A stretch of DNA of 41,943 bases from Candidatus Zixiibacteriota bacterium (lineage in GTDB: Bacteria; Zixibacteria; MSB-5A5; UBA10806; 4484-95): assembly GCA_029932605.1 (NCBI GenBank), contig JAOZPT010000017.1, positions 1 to 41,943 on the forward strand, written 5' to 3'. Under the pieces are notes generated by a model. The model was given only the letters and a program-made list of their open reading frames with translations, did no database searches and was not told where the DNA came from. Both the position numbers and the translations under genes were made by a program. Position 1 is the first letter of the stretch; each line of letters begins with the position of its first letter. This document shows positions 19,441 to 28,957 of the stretch, piece by piece.

Positions 19441-21618
19441 GTGCTCAAATTATCCGAAATAACGCTTTTTTTGTTTTGCCTTTTTATCTTCTCCATACCA
19501 GAGGCACATGGTCAAAATTACCTCTGGCCGCTTAATATAGAATCAAAGCTTTCCTCTCAATTCGGCGATTATCGAGATGGCCACTGGCATGCGGGTATTG
19601 ACATAACCACAAGAGGTAAAACAGGTTATAAGGTTTATGCCGTGACTGACGGTTATATTTATCGAATCAGGACCTCGTTTTGGGGATACGGAAAAGCTTT
19701 GTATTTGAAGCTAAGCGATGGCTGTATCGCTGTCTATGGGCATCTCACGAGATTCAGTCCATCCATTGAAAAGGTCATAAGGCAACGGCAGATGAATAAG
19801 AAAAATTATTACCAGGATATATTTCTTACAGCCAACGAATTTGTGGTTAAAAAGGGCGATTATATAGCTTTAACGGGCCAAACCGGCTCTGGTGCTCCTC
19901 ATCTCCATTTTGAAATAAGGGACCGGTACAATTTTCCATTGAACCCCTTAAAACATTATTACCGTTTTACAGATAATCATCCTCCGATTGTCGAATACCT
20001 GGTTGTGAAACGTTATCATAAATACGGTTCGGGGAACTATCACGATATAGAGTTTCTCCGCCTTGATGGCCAAAATCCTGAGCTGTTCGTAAAAGATACG
20101 GTGGCAGTTTATGGCCAGTCTCTATTTGCCGTTTCAGCTTATGATCCAAATAATGGTTATAACTATAGTATCAACAGCGGTCGGATGTCCCTTGACGGTG
20201 ATGAAATTTTTTCGTTCGAACATGACCGTCTGGATTACTCTATAGGTAAACAGATCGATTACGTTTGTGACCTCGAGTTGAAAAAACTCGTGGAGAAACA
20301 AAACGGAATCGCTTTAGACAAAGATAAAAATATCTTCTACAGGCTTTATATTCAACCGCATGACAAACAATGGTTCTATAACCAATACAACTATCCTGCC
20401 GGTATCATCGATTCAGACAGTCTTGAACCGGGGCCACATAGTCTAAAGATAAGTTTATCCGATGTAAACGGTAATGAGTGCCACGTAAACCTTTATATAA
20501 AAAAAGCTGATTTTGAAATACCAGTTGTTCGTGATATCTGCACAAGTAACGATAGCCTTAGATTATATATGGGTGCATTTCCTGTAAGTCTCGAACCGCA
20601 AATCCAGAGAAGACAGGCCCCACATCTACCGTACCAATATATCTATTCCGATTTTGACCTGTTTGAGAGAACGCTGACATTTCCTATGTCGGATAACGAC
20701 TATGATTATCGTATTAGAATTAAAGGTGAATATCTTTCTCCCTGGATGGTGTTCAAACCTGGTTTGAAATCACCTTCTGTCACGCCATATGTTGATTACT
20801 TTGAGTTATGTTTTCCTATCGAAGAGGACTTGTTAATTAACGACCAGAGGGTAACATATCAAAACAAGGATATTTTTCCGCTCGGCAATGGTTTCTATAA
20901 GGCTTTGATACCCGTGCCCGTAGAAAACGGTATATTGGAATTGAAGCTCGGTGAAAACCAGATTGGTAATGATTATTTCATTTATAGTAAAAGTGGTTCT
21001 GCCTATTCGCCCGATTCAACGGTTATGATTGATTTTTCGGAGAAAGACCTTTTCGGTCCCACGCTTATCGCTATAACCGAGCTGAAGCCAGATAATGGTG
21101 ATGGTTATACCTTTGATATAATTCCTGAAGATTTGCTTTTTAATGATGAGGTTGAAATAACGATTTTGCCTGAAAAGCTGGATCTCAATACAGCCTACTT
21201 TTCTCTTTATTATTACTCCTCCCAAAAAAGCAAATGGTATTTTATTGGAAATAGGAACCAAAATCATATATCGGGACAAACCCGTGGTGGTGGTAAGTTC
21301 GGGATATTGATAGACAGGACTCCTCCTGTAATCTCTAAGTTAAAACCCAAAAATGGCTCAATTATTAAAAATAGAAAACCCAGGCTATCATGTGTTATCA
21401 CAGACGATCTTTCGGGATTTAAAAATGAAACACAATTTGAGATGACTATTGATGGTATCTGGGTACCCGCCTATTATGATATCGATAATGAGATTTTTTT
21501 CTACAAAGTTATGTATCCATTAAAACCAGGACGACATATCCTCAGGGTAAGAGCCACTGATAACCAGGGGAATAAGGCAACTGCTATCTCAAGGTTTACG
21601 GTTCTTGGGAAATATTAA
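19441..21618 (+). CDS. M23 family metallopeptidase with C-terminal Ig-like domain
   Basis: HAGID and PHLHFE; signal peptide from GTG 19441 (track TTG 19405 coincides with a -35 box). Confidence 0.88.
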   Translation: MLKLSEITLFLFCLFIFSIPEAHGQNYLWPLNIESKLSSQFGDYRDGHWHAGIDITTRGKTGYKVYAVTDGYIYRIRTSFWGYGKALYLKLSDGCIAVYGHLTRFSPSIEKVIRQRQMNKKNYYQDIFLTANEFVVKKGDYIALTGQTGSGAPHLHFEIRDRYNFPLNPLKHYYRFTDNHPPIVEYLVVKRYHKYGSGNYHDIEFLRLDGQNPELFVKDTVAVYGQSLFAVSAYDPNNGYNYSINSGRMSLDGDEIFSFEHDRLDYSIGKQIDYVCDLELKKLVEKQNGIALDKDKNIFYRLYIQPHDKQWFYNQYNYPAGIIDSDSLEPGPHSLKISLSDVNGNECHVNLYIKKADFEIPVVRDICTSNDSLRLYMGAFPVSLEPQIQRRQAPHLPYQYIYSDFDLFERTLTFPMSDNDYDYRIRIKGEYLSPWMVFKPGLKSPSVTPYVDYFELCFPIEEDLLINDQRVTYQNKDIFPLGNGFYKALIPVPVENGILELKLGENQIGNDYFIYSKSGSAYSPDSTVMIDFSEKDLFGPTLIAITELKPDNGDGYTFDIIPEDLLFNDEVEITILPEKLDLNTAYFSLYYYSSQKSKWYFIGNRNQNHISGQTRGGGKFGILIDRTPPVISKLKPKNGSIIKNRKPRLSCVITDDLSGFKNETQFEMTIDGIWVPAYYDIDNEIFFYKVMYPLKPGRHILRVRATDNQGNKATAISRFTVLGKY

Positions 21619-22284
21619 ATGTTACCTTTAAAAGACGATATCCCCTCGAGGCGGTTTCCCTTTGTCACAGTCGTTCTGATTGTTATCAACGTGGCGGTGT
21701 ATTTCTACCAGCTTTCCCTCGGACATGCCAATAGCCTCTTCATCTGGAAATATGCGGTTGTGCCTAAGGCTATTACTTCCCTACATCAGCTACATCCTAA
21801 CTCAACAATTTTTCCGCCGTTAACCCTCTTAACCTCCCAGTTTTTACATGGTGGGTTTTTGCATTTAGGAAGTAACATGCTTTTTTTATGGATTTTTGGC
21901 GACAATATCGAGGACAAGCTTGGTCACTTGAGATTTGTTCTGTTTTATTTAGCATGTGGAGCTATTTCTGCTGTTATTCAGATCGCTACATTTCCCGGGG
22001 CCGAGGTTCCAATCATCGGTGCATCGGGAGCGATAGCCGGAGTAATGGGGGCTTATTTTTTAAGGTTTCCATACGCCAGGGTGCAGACATTAATAATCAT
22101 TTTCTTTTTTATACGTATTATCAGAATTCCAGCGGTTGTTTTTCTTGGTTTTTGGTTTATATTTCAAATGTTGCTGGGGATTCCCACACTGGGGGTTGCA
22201 GAGGGTGGGGTAGCTTACTTTGCACATATAGGCGGATTCGTTGTTGGTATGATACTTTTCAAGTTGATGGAAAAATATAAATAA
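21619..22284 (+). CDS. Rhomboid intramembrane serine protease
   Basis: FLHGG..H...NM, GASG, AHIGG. Confidence 0.95.
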   Translation: MLPLKDDIPSRRFPFVTVVLIVINVAVYFYQLSLGHANSLFIWKYAVVPKAITSLHQLHPNSTIFPPLTLLTSQFLHGGFLHLGSNMLFLWIFGDNIEDKLGHLRFVLFYLACGAISAVIQIATFPGAEVPIIGASGAIAGVMGAYFLRFPYARVQTLIIIFFFIRIIRIPAVVFLGFWFIFQMLLGIPTLGVAEGGVAYFAHIGGFVVGMILFKLMEKYK

Positions 22285-22316
22285 ACCTTGCTGGAGGTTT
22301 AGGGATTTAATAATCT

Positions 22317-22592
22317 ATGAACAATAAAAATAAGGCTCGGTGTGAACGTTGTGGCAAACGACTTAAAAAAGGTGGCAACAATTACCGCTTAGAATGCCAC
22401 ATCGTATCCGATTTTGATGGTTACCTTGATGCCAGCGCCACCAAGAAAAGCTGGCAAAACATAGCAAAAGAGATTGAACAATCGGGTTTAACCGAAAAGG
22501 AATTGGAAGAGCAGGTTTATTTCAAGCTCGAGCAAAAACTATGTCTTGACTGTCGAAGCGAGGTAATAAATTTTTTGAAGGGGAAAAGTTAA
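22317..22592 (+). CDS. Small CxxC...CxxC hypothetical protein
   Basis: CERC near the N-terminus, CLDC near the C-terminus; 1 nt from dnaE. Confidence 0.75.
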   Translation: MNNKNKARCERCGKRLKKGGNNYRLECHIVSDFDGYLDASATKKSWQNIAKEIEQSGLTEKELEEQVYFKLEQKLCLDCRSEVINFLKGKS

Positions 22593-22593
22593 A

Positions 22594-25500
22594 GTGGCCG
22601 GTTCAGATTTCGTACATCTTCATAACCACACTATGTATTCGCTCCTCGATGGAGCCATTAAAATCCCTGATATGCTCAAGATGGCTTCGGATATGGGTAT
22701 GAATGCCTTGGCCATTACCGACCATGGCAACCTGTTTGGGGCAATAGAGTTTTATACACTGGCAAAAAAGCACCGCATCAAACCGATACTGGGTATTGAA
22801 ACGTATATCGTTCCACACAACCTCAAAGAGAAAAGGTCTATCCCTGGTGTACCGGATACCGGTTATCATCTGGTACTGCTGGCGAAAAACAATACAGGAT
22901 ATAAAAATTTAATAAGACTTTCTACGATAGGTTTTTTAGAGGGTTTTTATCACAAGCCGCGTATCGATAAAAAGGTCTTGGCGGAACATTCTGAGGGATT
23001 AATCGCCTTGAGCGCTTGTTTGAAAGGGGAAGTAGCGAAATCTGTTGGTGATGATAAGCTAGTTGAACAAGTTATAAGAAGTTATCTTGATATTTTTGAT
23101 ACGCAGGATTTTTTCCTTGAAATACAGGATCACGGTATCCCGGAGGAGGCCTCGGTCCGGGTATCTTTAAAGAGGTTTGCCGATAAATTCAATCTTGGAC
23201 TTGTCGCTACAAACGATTGCCATTATCTCAAACGCGAACATTATGCGGCTCACGATGCCTTGTTGTGTATCCAGACAGGCAAAATTGTCTCCGAAACCGA
23301 CAGATTACACTACAACACTGACCAACTGTATTTGAAATCACCTGAACAGATGAAGGAATTGTTTGCCGATACTCCCGAAGCTATCGAAAACACCTTGAAG
23401 GTTGCCGAAAGATGCAATCTTGAGATTGAAATGGGCAAAAAACTTGTACCGGAATTCCAATTGCCCGAAGGGTATGATTCTGATGATAGTTATCTTGACT
23501 ATCTCGCCAATAAAGGCCTGAAACAGCGTTACGACAAGGTGACTTCAGAGCTTAAACAGAGACTTGATTACGAACTTAAGATAATCAGGCAGATGGGATA
23601 TTCAGGTTATTTTCTGATTGTGAAGGATTTTATCGATTTTGCCAAAAATAACGGTATTCCGGTAGGGCCGGGAAGAGGTTCAGCAGCTGGTTCACTTGTT
23701 TCTTATTGTCTGGGGATAACCGATATCGATCCCATCAATTATGGCCTTTTATTTGAGCGCTTTTTGAACCCCGAGAGGATCTCGATGCCTGATATCGATA
23801 TAGATTTCTCCGACCGTGGCCGTGACAAAGTGATAGAATATGTAACCAAAAAGTATGGTCAGCAGAACGTAGCCCAGATTATTACATTTGGAAGTATGGC
23901 TGCTCGGGCGGTCGTCAGAGATGTTGGGCGGGTTTTATCGATTCCATATAGCGAGATGGACAAGGTGGCCAAAATGATTCCTGAAGAGGTCGGCGTAACC
24001 CTGGAGCGTGCCATCAGCTTATCATCTGACCTGAAACAGAAGATAAAAGAAGATGAAGAGATAGCTAAGGTGATTGAATATTCAAAGGTTCTTGAGGGTC
24101 TGGCAAGGCATGCCTCTAAACATGCCGCTGGAGTGGTAATAGCGCCATCACCTTTAACGAATTATCTTCCTTTGTATAAAACTAACAAGGATGAAATTAC
24201 AACCCAGTATAACATGAAATGCATCGAGGATATAGGCCTTCTAAAAATGGATTTCCTCGGTTTGCGGACACTGACCGTTATCGATGATACGTTGACCGAA
24301 GTAGCTCGAACACGTGGAGTGCAAATTAAGTTGAACGAAATCCCTCTTGATGACCCGGAGGTTTACAGACTTTTTGCCGAGGGTAAAACCGTTGGCGTTT
24401 TCCAGTTTGAATCAGGAGGTATGCGTGATTACCTTCGCAAACTCGGTCCAAACTGCATTGAGGACTTAATTGCCATGAATGCCCTTTATCGCCCCGGACC
24501 ACTGGATTCAGGTATGATCGATATATATATCGAGTGTAAAAAAGGGAAAAGAGAAATCAAATACGAACATCCTCTCTTAGAACCTATCCTTAAAGACACT
24601 TACGGTGTAATAGTATTTCAAGAGCAGGTTTTAAAAATTGCTCAGGAGATGGCGGGTTATGATCTTGGCAAAGCTGATATTCTCCGCAAGGCTATGGGCA
24701 AAAAGCAGGCTGAGGTAATGGCTGAGCAAAAAAGTGAATTTATCGAAGGTGCGTTCAAGAAAAAGGTTAATAAGAATATTGCCGAGAAAATTTTCGACCA
24801 GATTGAAACCTTTGGTCGTTATGGTTTTGTTAAGGCTCATTCTACCGGTTATGCTGTTATAGCTTACCAGACAGCTTACCTTAAAACCTATTATCCACAG
24901 GAATTTTTAGCGGCATCTCTGACCTCGGAAATGGGTAACACCAGCAGAGTTAATACCTTTAAAAAAGAGTGCAAGGATTTAAATATTGAACTTCTACCGC
25001 CGGACATCAATGATGGATATGCTCATTTCTCCGTTTCAGATGGCAAGATATTATTTGGTTTGGCCGCGGTGAAGAACGTTGGCCAATCGGCTGTTGAATC
25101 GATAGTTGAGACACGTAAGGAAGGAGGTAAATTCACTGACATTTTTGATTTCTGCAGTCGCATCGACCATCACCTTGTAAGTAAAAAGGCTCTTGAAAGT
25201 CTTATCGCTAGCGGAACTTTTGACAGCCTTCACAAAGAGCGATCGACTCTTTATGAGAACGTCGAAACAATTTTAAACTATGGCCTAAAAGCACAAAAAG
25301 AAGCGCTTTCGGGACAAACACTGCTGTTCGGCCAGACAGAATCATCAGCATTGATGAAACCTAAATTAAAAGAAGTACCACCATGGAGCAACACCGAGAC
25401 GAGAAATATGGAAAAAGAGGTGCTGGGCTTTTATCTTTCATCTCATCCTCTTGAGGATAGTTATATCGAGTATATCTCTTTTACCGATACTAAACTTGAG

Positions 25501-26049
25501 GAACTTGAAAACCTACACGATGGTAAGAGAGTCGTAATTGGAGGAGTTATCCAGGGTTTCAAAGTAAATACGAGCCGCAACAATAAGCTTTTCGCCATAG
25601 TTAAGGTTGAGGATTTAGATGATACCGCTGAGGTCATCGTGTTCTCGGATTGCCTTGAAAAGAAACGAAAGATAATTAAAAACGGCAACAATGTTATTGT
25701 TTCGGGGATAATAAGCACCAGGGAAGGTGAAAAGCCCAAGATAAAGGCCAACGACATTGCTCTGCTGGAAACAGCTTACAAAACTATTCCATGTGACCTG
25801 CATTTATATATTAAGGAAGCGTATCTTGATGATGATAAAATCAAGGCTGTCGATCGGCTTTTAGATAGAAGCCCGGGAAAATCAGGAGTGTTTCTCCATT
25901 TTCAAGGTGACAGAGCAGAGTTGGTAAGCCGGTCGAGGAGATTTACAGTGAAAGCGTCACCAGCGTTATTATCGGAGCTCGCCTTGAAGTTCGGCAGAGA
26001 CAACATCAAATTGTCAGCCAGGAAAGAATATACAAAGGTGGTTAATTGA
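22594..26049 (+). CDS. dnaE: DNA polymerase III alpha subunit
   Basis: HLHNHT..SLLDG PHP domain, GPGRGSAAGS, FERFLNPERISMPDIDIDF, KMDFLGL, C-terminal OB region. Confidence 0.98.
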   Translation: MAGSDFVHLHNHTMYSLLDGAIKIPDMLKMASDMGMNALAITDHGNLFGAIEFYTLAKKHRIKPILGIETYIVPHNLKEKRSIPGVPDTGYHLVLLAKNNTGYKNLIRLSTIGFLEGFYHKPRIDKKVLAEHSEGLIALSACLKGEVAKSVGDDKLVEQVIRSYLDIFDTQDFFLEIQDHGIPEEASVRVSLKRFADKFNLGLVATNDCHYLKREHYAAHDALLCIQTGKIVSETDRLHYNTDQLYLKSPEQMKELFADTPEAIENTLKVAERCNLEIEMGKKLVPEFQLPEGYDSDDSYLDYLANKGLKQRYDKVTSELKQRLDYELKIIRQMGYSGYFLIVKDFIDFAKNNGIPVGPGRGSAAGSLVSYCLGITDIDPINYGLLFERFLNPERISMPDIDIDFSDRGRDKVIEYVTKKYGQQNVAQIITFGSMAARAVVRDVGRVLSIPYSEMDKVAKMIPEEVGVTLERAISLSSDLKQKIKEDEEIAKVIEYSKVLEGLARHASKHAAGVVIAPSPLTNYLPLYKTNKDEITTQYNMKCIEDIGLLKMDFLGLRTLTVIDDTLTEVARTRGVQIKLNEIPLDDPEVYRLFAEGKTVGVFQFESGGMRDYLRKLGPNCIEDLIAMNALYRPGPLDSGMIDIYIECKKGKREIKYEHPLLEPILKDTYGVIVFQEQVLKIAQEMAGYDLGKADILRKAMGKKQAEVMAEQKSEFIEGAFKKKVNKNIAEKIFDQIETFGRYGFVKAHSTGYAVIAYQTAYLKTYYPQEFLAASLTSEMGNTSRVNTFKKECKDLNIELLPPDINDGYAHFSVSDGKILFGLAAVKNVGQSAVESIVETRKEGGKFTDIFDFCSRIDHHLVSKKALESLIASGTFDSLHKERSTLYENVETILNYGLKAQKEALSGQTLLFGQTESSALMKPKLKEVPPWSNTETRNMEKEVLGFYLSSHPLEDSYIEYISFTDTKLEELENLHDGKRVVIGGVIQGFKVNTSRNNKLFAIVKVEDLDDTAEVIVFSDCLEKKRKIIKNGNNVIVSGIISTREGEKPKIKANDIALLETAYKTIPCDLHLYIKEAYLDDDKIKAVDRLLDRSPGKSGVFLHFQGDRAELVSRSRRFTVKASPALLSELALKFGRDNIKLSARKEYTKVVN

Positions 26050-28271
26050 TTAGCAGGAAATTGCCGATAAACGAACAAAGATTCCATTTATGTTGTCTCA
26101 TCCAAAAACTTTTTTTAAACCATGTTGTAATTTTTTTAACATTTTTACTTTTATCATCCTTTGTTATTAATTTAGAGCCGATTGGCGCTTCCCAATTGTT
26201 CGATATTTATAAAAAGGGTGATTTCAGATATATCATTGATTCGCTATCCGGTAAAAATGATGAGGAGATACTGGTAAAAGCAAGAACAGCTTTCGCGGTT
26301 GGTGATAGGAAGCTCACCATCAGTTTACTATCACAACTTGATAAAAAACATCTTCAGGCAGCATCGTTATATTATTCATGTGGTGAATATATAAAGGCCG
26401 GAGAAATAGCATCAACGTATATCGTAAACAGCGCTTTTTCTGGTTGGTTGGCTATTTATCTAAAGGCAGTTTCTTCGGCTGCCCTCGGTGCCAACACTTA
26501 TGAAATATGGCAAGATCTCGTTGATTCACCGGTCGGGATATTTTCGGCCAAAGCCCGTTTGGAACTTGCACGTTTTAATTTTCAATGGGGTTATCAAGAT
26601 TCGATGATATATTATCTGGAAAGTGTCGAACCTGTCTTGCTTGAGAAAAGGGATAGAATTTCCTATTATTATCTAAAAGGAATGATTTCTTATAAAGCTG
26701 GAAATTATCAAGGAGCTCTTAGACAGTTTAAAAAGGCATTAAGGATAAAATACTTATATGATGGGAAAAAGGAGGTTATCGCTTTTTCTGCCGACTCTCT
26801 CTATCCCCATCTTGATAAAAAGAATGCTTTTTTGTTGCTTGATGTCTTCAGGGAAAACAGATACTACGATGAGTTGATTAATCTGCTGAAGGATTCAGCT
26901 GTTGATGATTTGGCAAAAATGATTTTAGCCTGGTGTTATTTTGGTAAAAAAGAGTATTCGACCGCCTCAAGAATATTTAAGGAACTCTCAATTTCGGAGG
27001 ATGAAGATTTGAAGGCAGAGGCTATTTATGGATTGGCAGTTTGTGATTATCGGCGCGGTTGGAGGGTAAAAGCAGTTGAAAAATTATTGGTATTTGCACG
27101 TAATTTTCCGGATTCGCCATTAGTTCCGAAAGCCCTTTTTACTGCTGGTGATTTTTATCAGAAAAGCGATCCCAACAGGTCGATTGAAATCTTTGAAAAA
27201 CTCACCACTATATACCCCCATTCAAAATATTACCCCCGTGCTCTTTTCCTTTTAGGCCAACTTTATGCAAGGCATGGTCATAGACAGGAATCGATAAAAG
27301 CGTTTTCAAGTTATGAAAATGATGATGAATTCGCTGACCTTTTTGATTTTTGGGCTTTTAAAACCGGTCTGGTCGACTCCACGGGTTTAAATCGATTGAT
27401 CGAAAGGAAAAACCCAACCCTTTACAATATTAAAGCCAGAAAGATATTAGGTCTTGTTGAAAAAGATACAGCCTCTGATTTTGATTTATTTATTGAGGCA
27501 TTTTTTAATCAGGTTGAGAAGTTTTTATCGGGACGAACCGACAGGGGTAACATTGAAAACAAACAGGTCGCTTATATTGATAGCCTGTATTATTATGGGT
27601 TGGAGAGAGAAGCTAACAGACAAGTTCTTTATATCCATAATCGACATCACAGCCTTAAAACCGATATCTTACTTTTGAGAAAATGCGAGGAACTGTCCCT
27701 GAATATGGCATTTTTTAAGATACTTGAAGATTTTAAAATGGCCCTTCAAAAATCCGGCTTTTCATTTAGCCATGATGGCTGGTTACGCTTGAATTACCCC
27801 ATTCTTTTTGAAAGAAGGCTTTCCTGGTTAGCTGAAGACATCGACCCATACTTGGCTCTGGCTGTCATTCGCCGTGAGAGTAGATTTGAACCGAAGGTAG
27901 TATCCAAATCAGGGGCGCTCGGGTTAATGCAACTTATGCCAGCAACAGCTTCGCAGATGGCGAAGGTAAAGAAGATTGATCCGGAGATGTTGTTTGACCC
28001 CGGCTACAATATCAAACTTGGATGTCGATATATTCGCTGGCTGGATGTTAGACTGCGTAGGGATGAGGTTGTTATCGCCGCTTACAACGCCGGACCCACT
28101 GCTGCCAGGAGATGGAAAAGACAGGCGGGAACGGATATCGAAACATTTATTGAGGCCATAGATTATGAACAGAGCAGAAATTACACGCGCGGTGTTATTG
28201 GTGATTATTTATGGTACAAATACCTCTGGCCTAACCAATTTGACGATAACGACAAAGCTACCAGTAAATAA
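26046..28271 (+). CDS. TPR-containing soluble lytic transglycosylase (Slt-like)
   Basis: TPR-like helices; IRRESRF, GALGLMQLMPATA, AYNAG. Confidence 0.9.
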   Translation: MISRKLPINEQRFHLCCLIQKLFLNHVVIFLTFLLLSSFVINLEPIGASQLFDIYKKGDFRYIIDSLSGKNDEEILVKARTAFAVGDRKLTISLLSQLDKKHLQAASLYYSCGEYIKAGEIASTYIVNSAFSGWLAIYLKAVSSAALGANTYEIWQDLVDSPVGIFSAKARLELARFNFQWGYQDSMIYYLESVEPVLLEKRDRISYYYLKGMISYKAGNYQGALRQFKKALRIKYLYDGKKEVIAFSADSLYPHLDKKNAFLLLDVFRENRYYDELINLLKDSAVDDLAKMILAWCYFGKKEYSTASRIFKELSISEDEDLKAEAIYGLAVCDYRRGWRVKAVEKLLVFARNFPDSPLVPKALFTAGDFYQKSDPNRSIEIFEKLTTIYPHSKYYPRALFLLGQLYARHGHRQESIKAFSSYENDDEFADLFDFWAFKTGLVDSTGLNRLIERKNPTLYNIKARKILGLVEKDTASDFDLFIEAFFNQVEKFLSGRTDRGNIENKQVAYIDSLYYYGLEREANRQVLYIHNRHHSLKTDILLLRKCEELSLNMAFFKILEDFKMALQKSGFSFSHDGWLRLNYPILFERRLSWLAEDIDPYLALAVIRRESRFEPKVVSKSGALGLMQLMPATASQMAKVKKIDPEMLFDPGYNIKLGCRYIRWLDVRLRRDEVVIAAYNAGPTAARRWKRQAGTDIETFIEAIDYEQSRNYTRGVIGDYLWYKYLWPNQFDDNDKATSK

Positions 28272-28360
28272 TCTAAAAAAAGGAAATTCATCAGATAAAA
28301 TAAATAGATTATGAAACAACCTGGTGGTTGCGATGGTTTTAATATGTTAAAGAGGATAGT

Positions 28361-28882
28361 ATGAAAAAAGCGGTTTTCCTTATAGTGGTTTTGTTTGCGG
28401 TTATATTTATTACATGCGGAGGCAATGACAATAAAAACAACCCACGAAAAAAAGTGACATCGGCAAATACTATTGATTGGCTTAGATACGATACCGGTAT
28501 TAATAAGGCTGCCGAGGATGGGAAATATGTTCTGGTTTATTTCTGGCGTCACGGATGTGGCTGGTGTAAGAAAATGGAACAGGATACCTACGCCAATGAA
28601 GAAGTCATGGATATAGTAAACGATTATTTTATTCCGGTTAAAGTCAATGCCGGTTCCGGTGATAGTTACAATACGAAAGATGGCAGGATTTCAACCAGGC
28701 AACTCGTGAATCGATTTCGTATCCGGGGCTTTCCGACCTCATGTTTTCTTAAGCCCGACGGTTCGGTTTTAACCTGCCAACCCGGTTATGTTCCACCCCA
28801 GAAGTTTGAAACTATTTTGAGATATATCGGTGAAGAACATTACAAAGACGAAAGCTTTCAGGAATATATAAAATCCAACTAA
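28361..28882 (+). CDS. Exported thioredoxin-fold protein (SoxW-like)
   Basis: Signal/lipobox FITC, CGWC, GFPT cis-Pro loop. Confidence 0.88.
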   Translation: MKKAVFLIVVLFAVIFITCGGNDNKNNPRKKVTSANTIDWLRYDTGINKAAEDGKYVLVYFWRHGCGWCKKMEQDTYANEEVMDIVNDYFIPVKVNAGSGDSYNTKDGRISTRQLVNRFRIRGFPTSCFLKPDGSVLTCQPGYVPPQKFETILRYIGEEHYKDESFQEYIKSN

Positions 28883-28957
28883 AATAAATGTTGGTTTGCT
28901 TTTTTGTCGATAAACAGAATATTAATAAAGACCTATTAGTTAAGGCCAAATTGTTTT

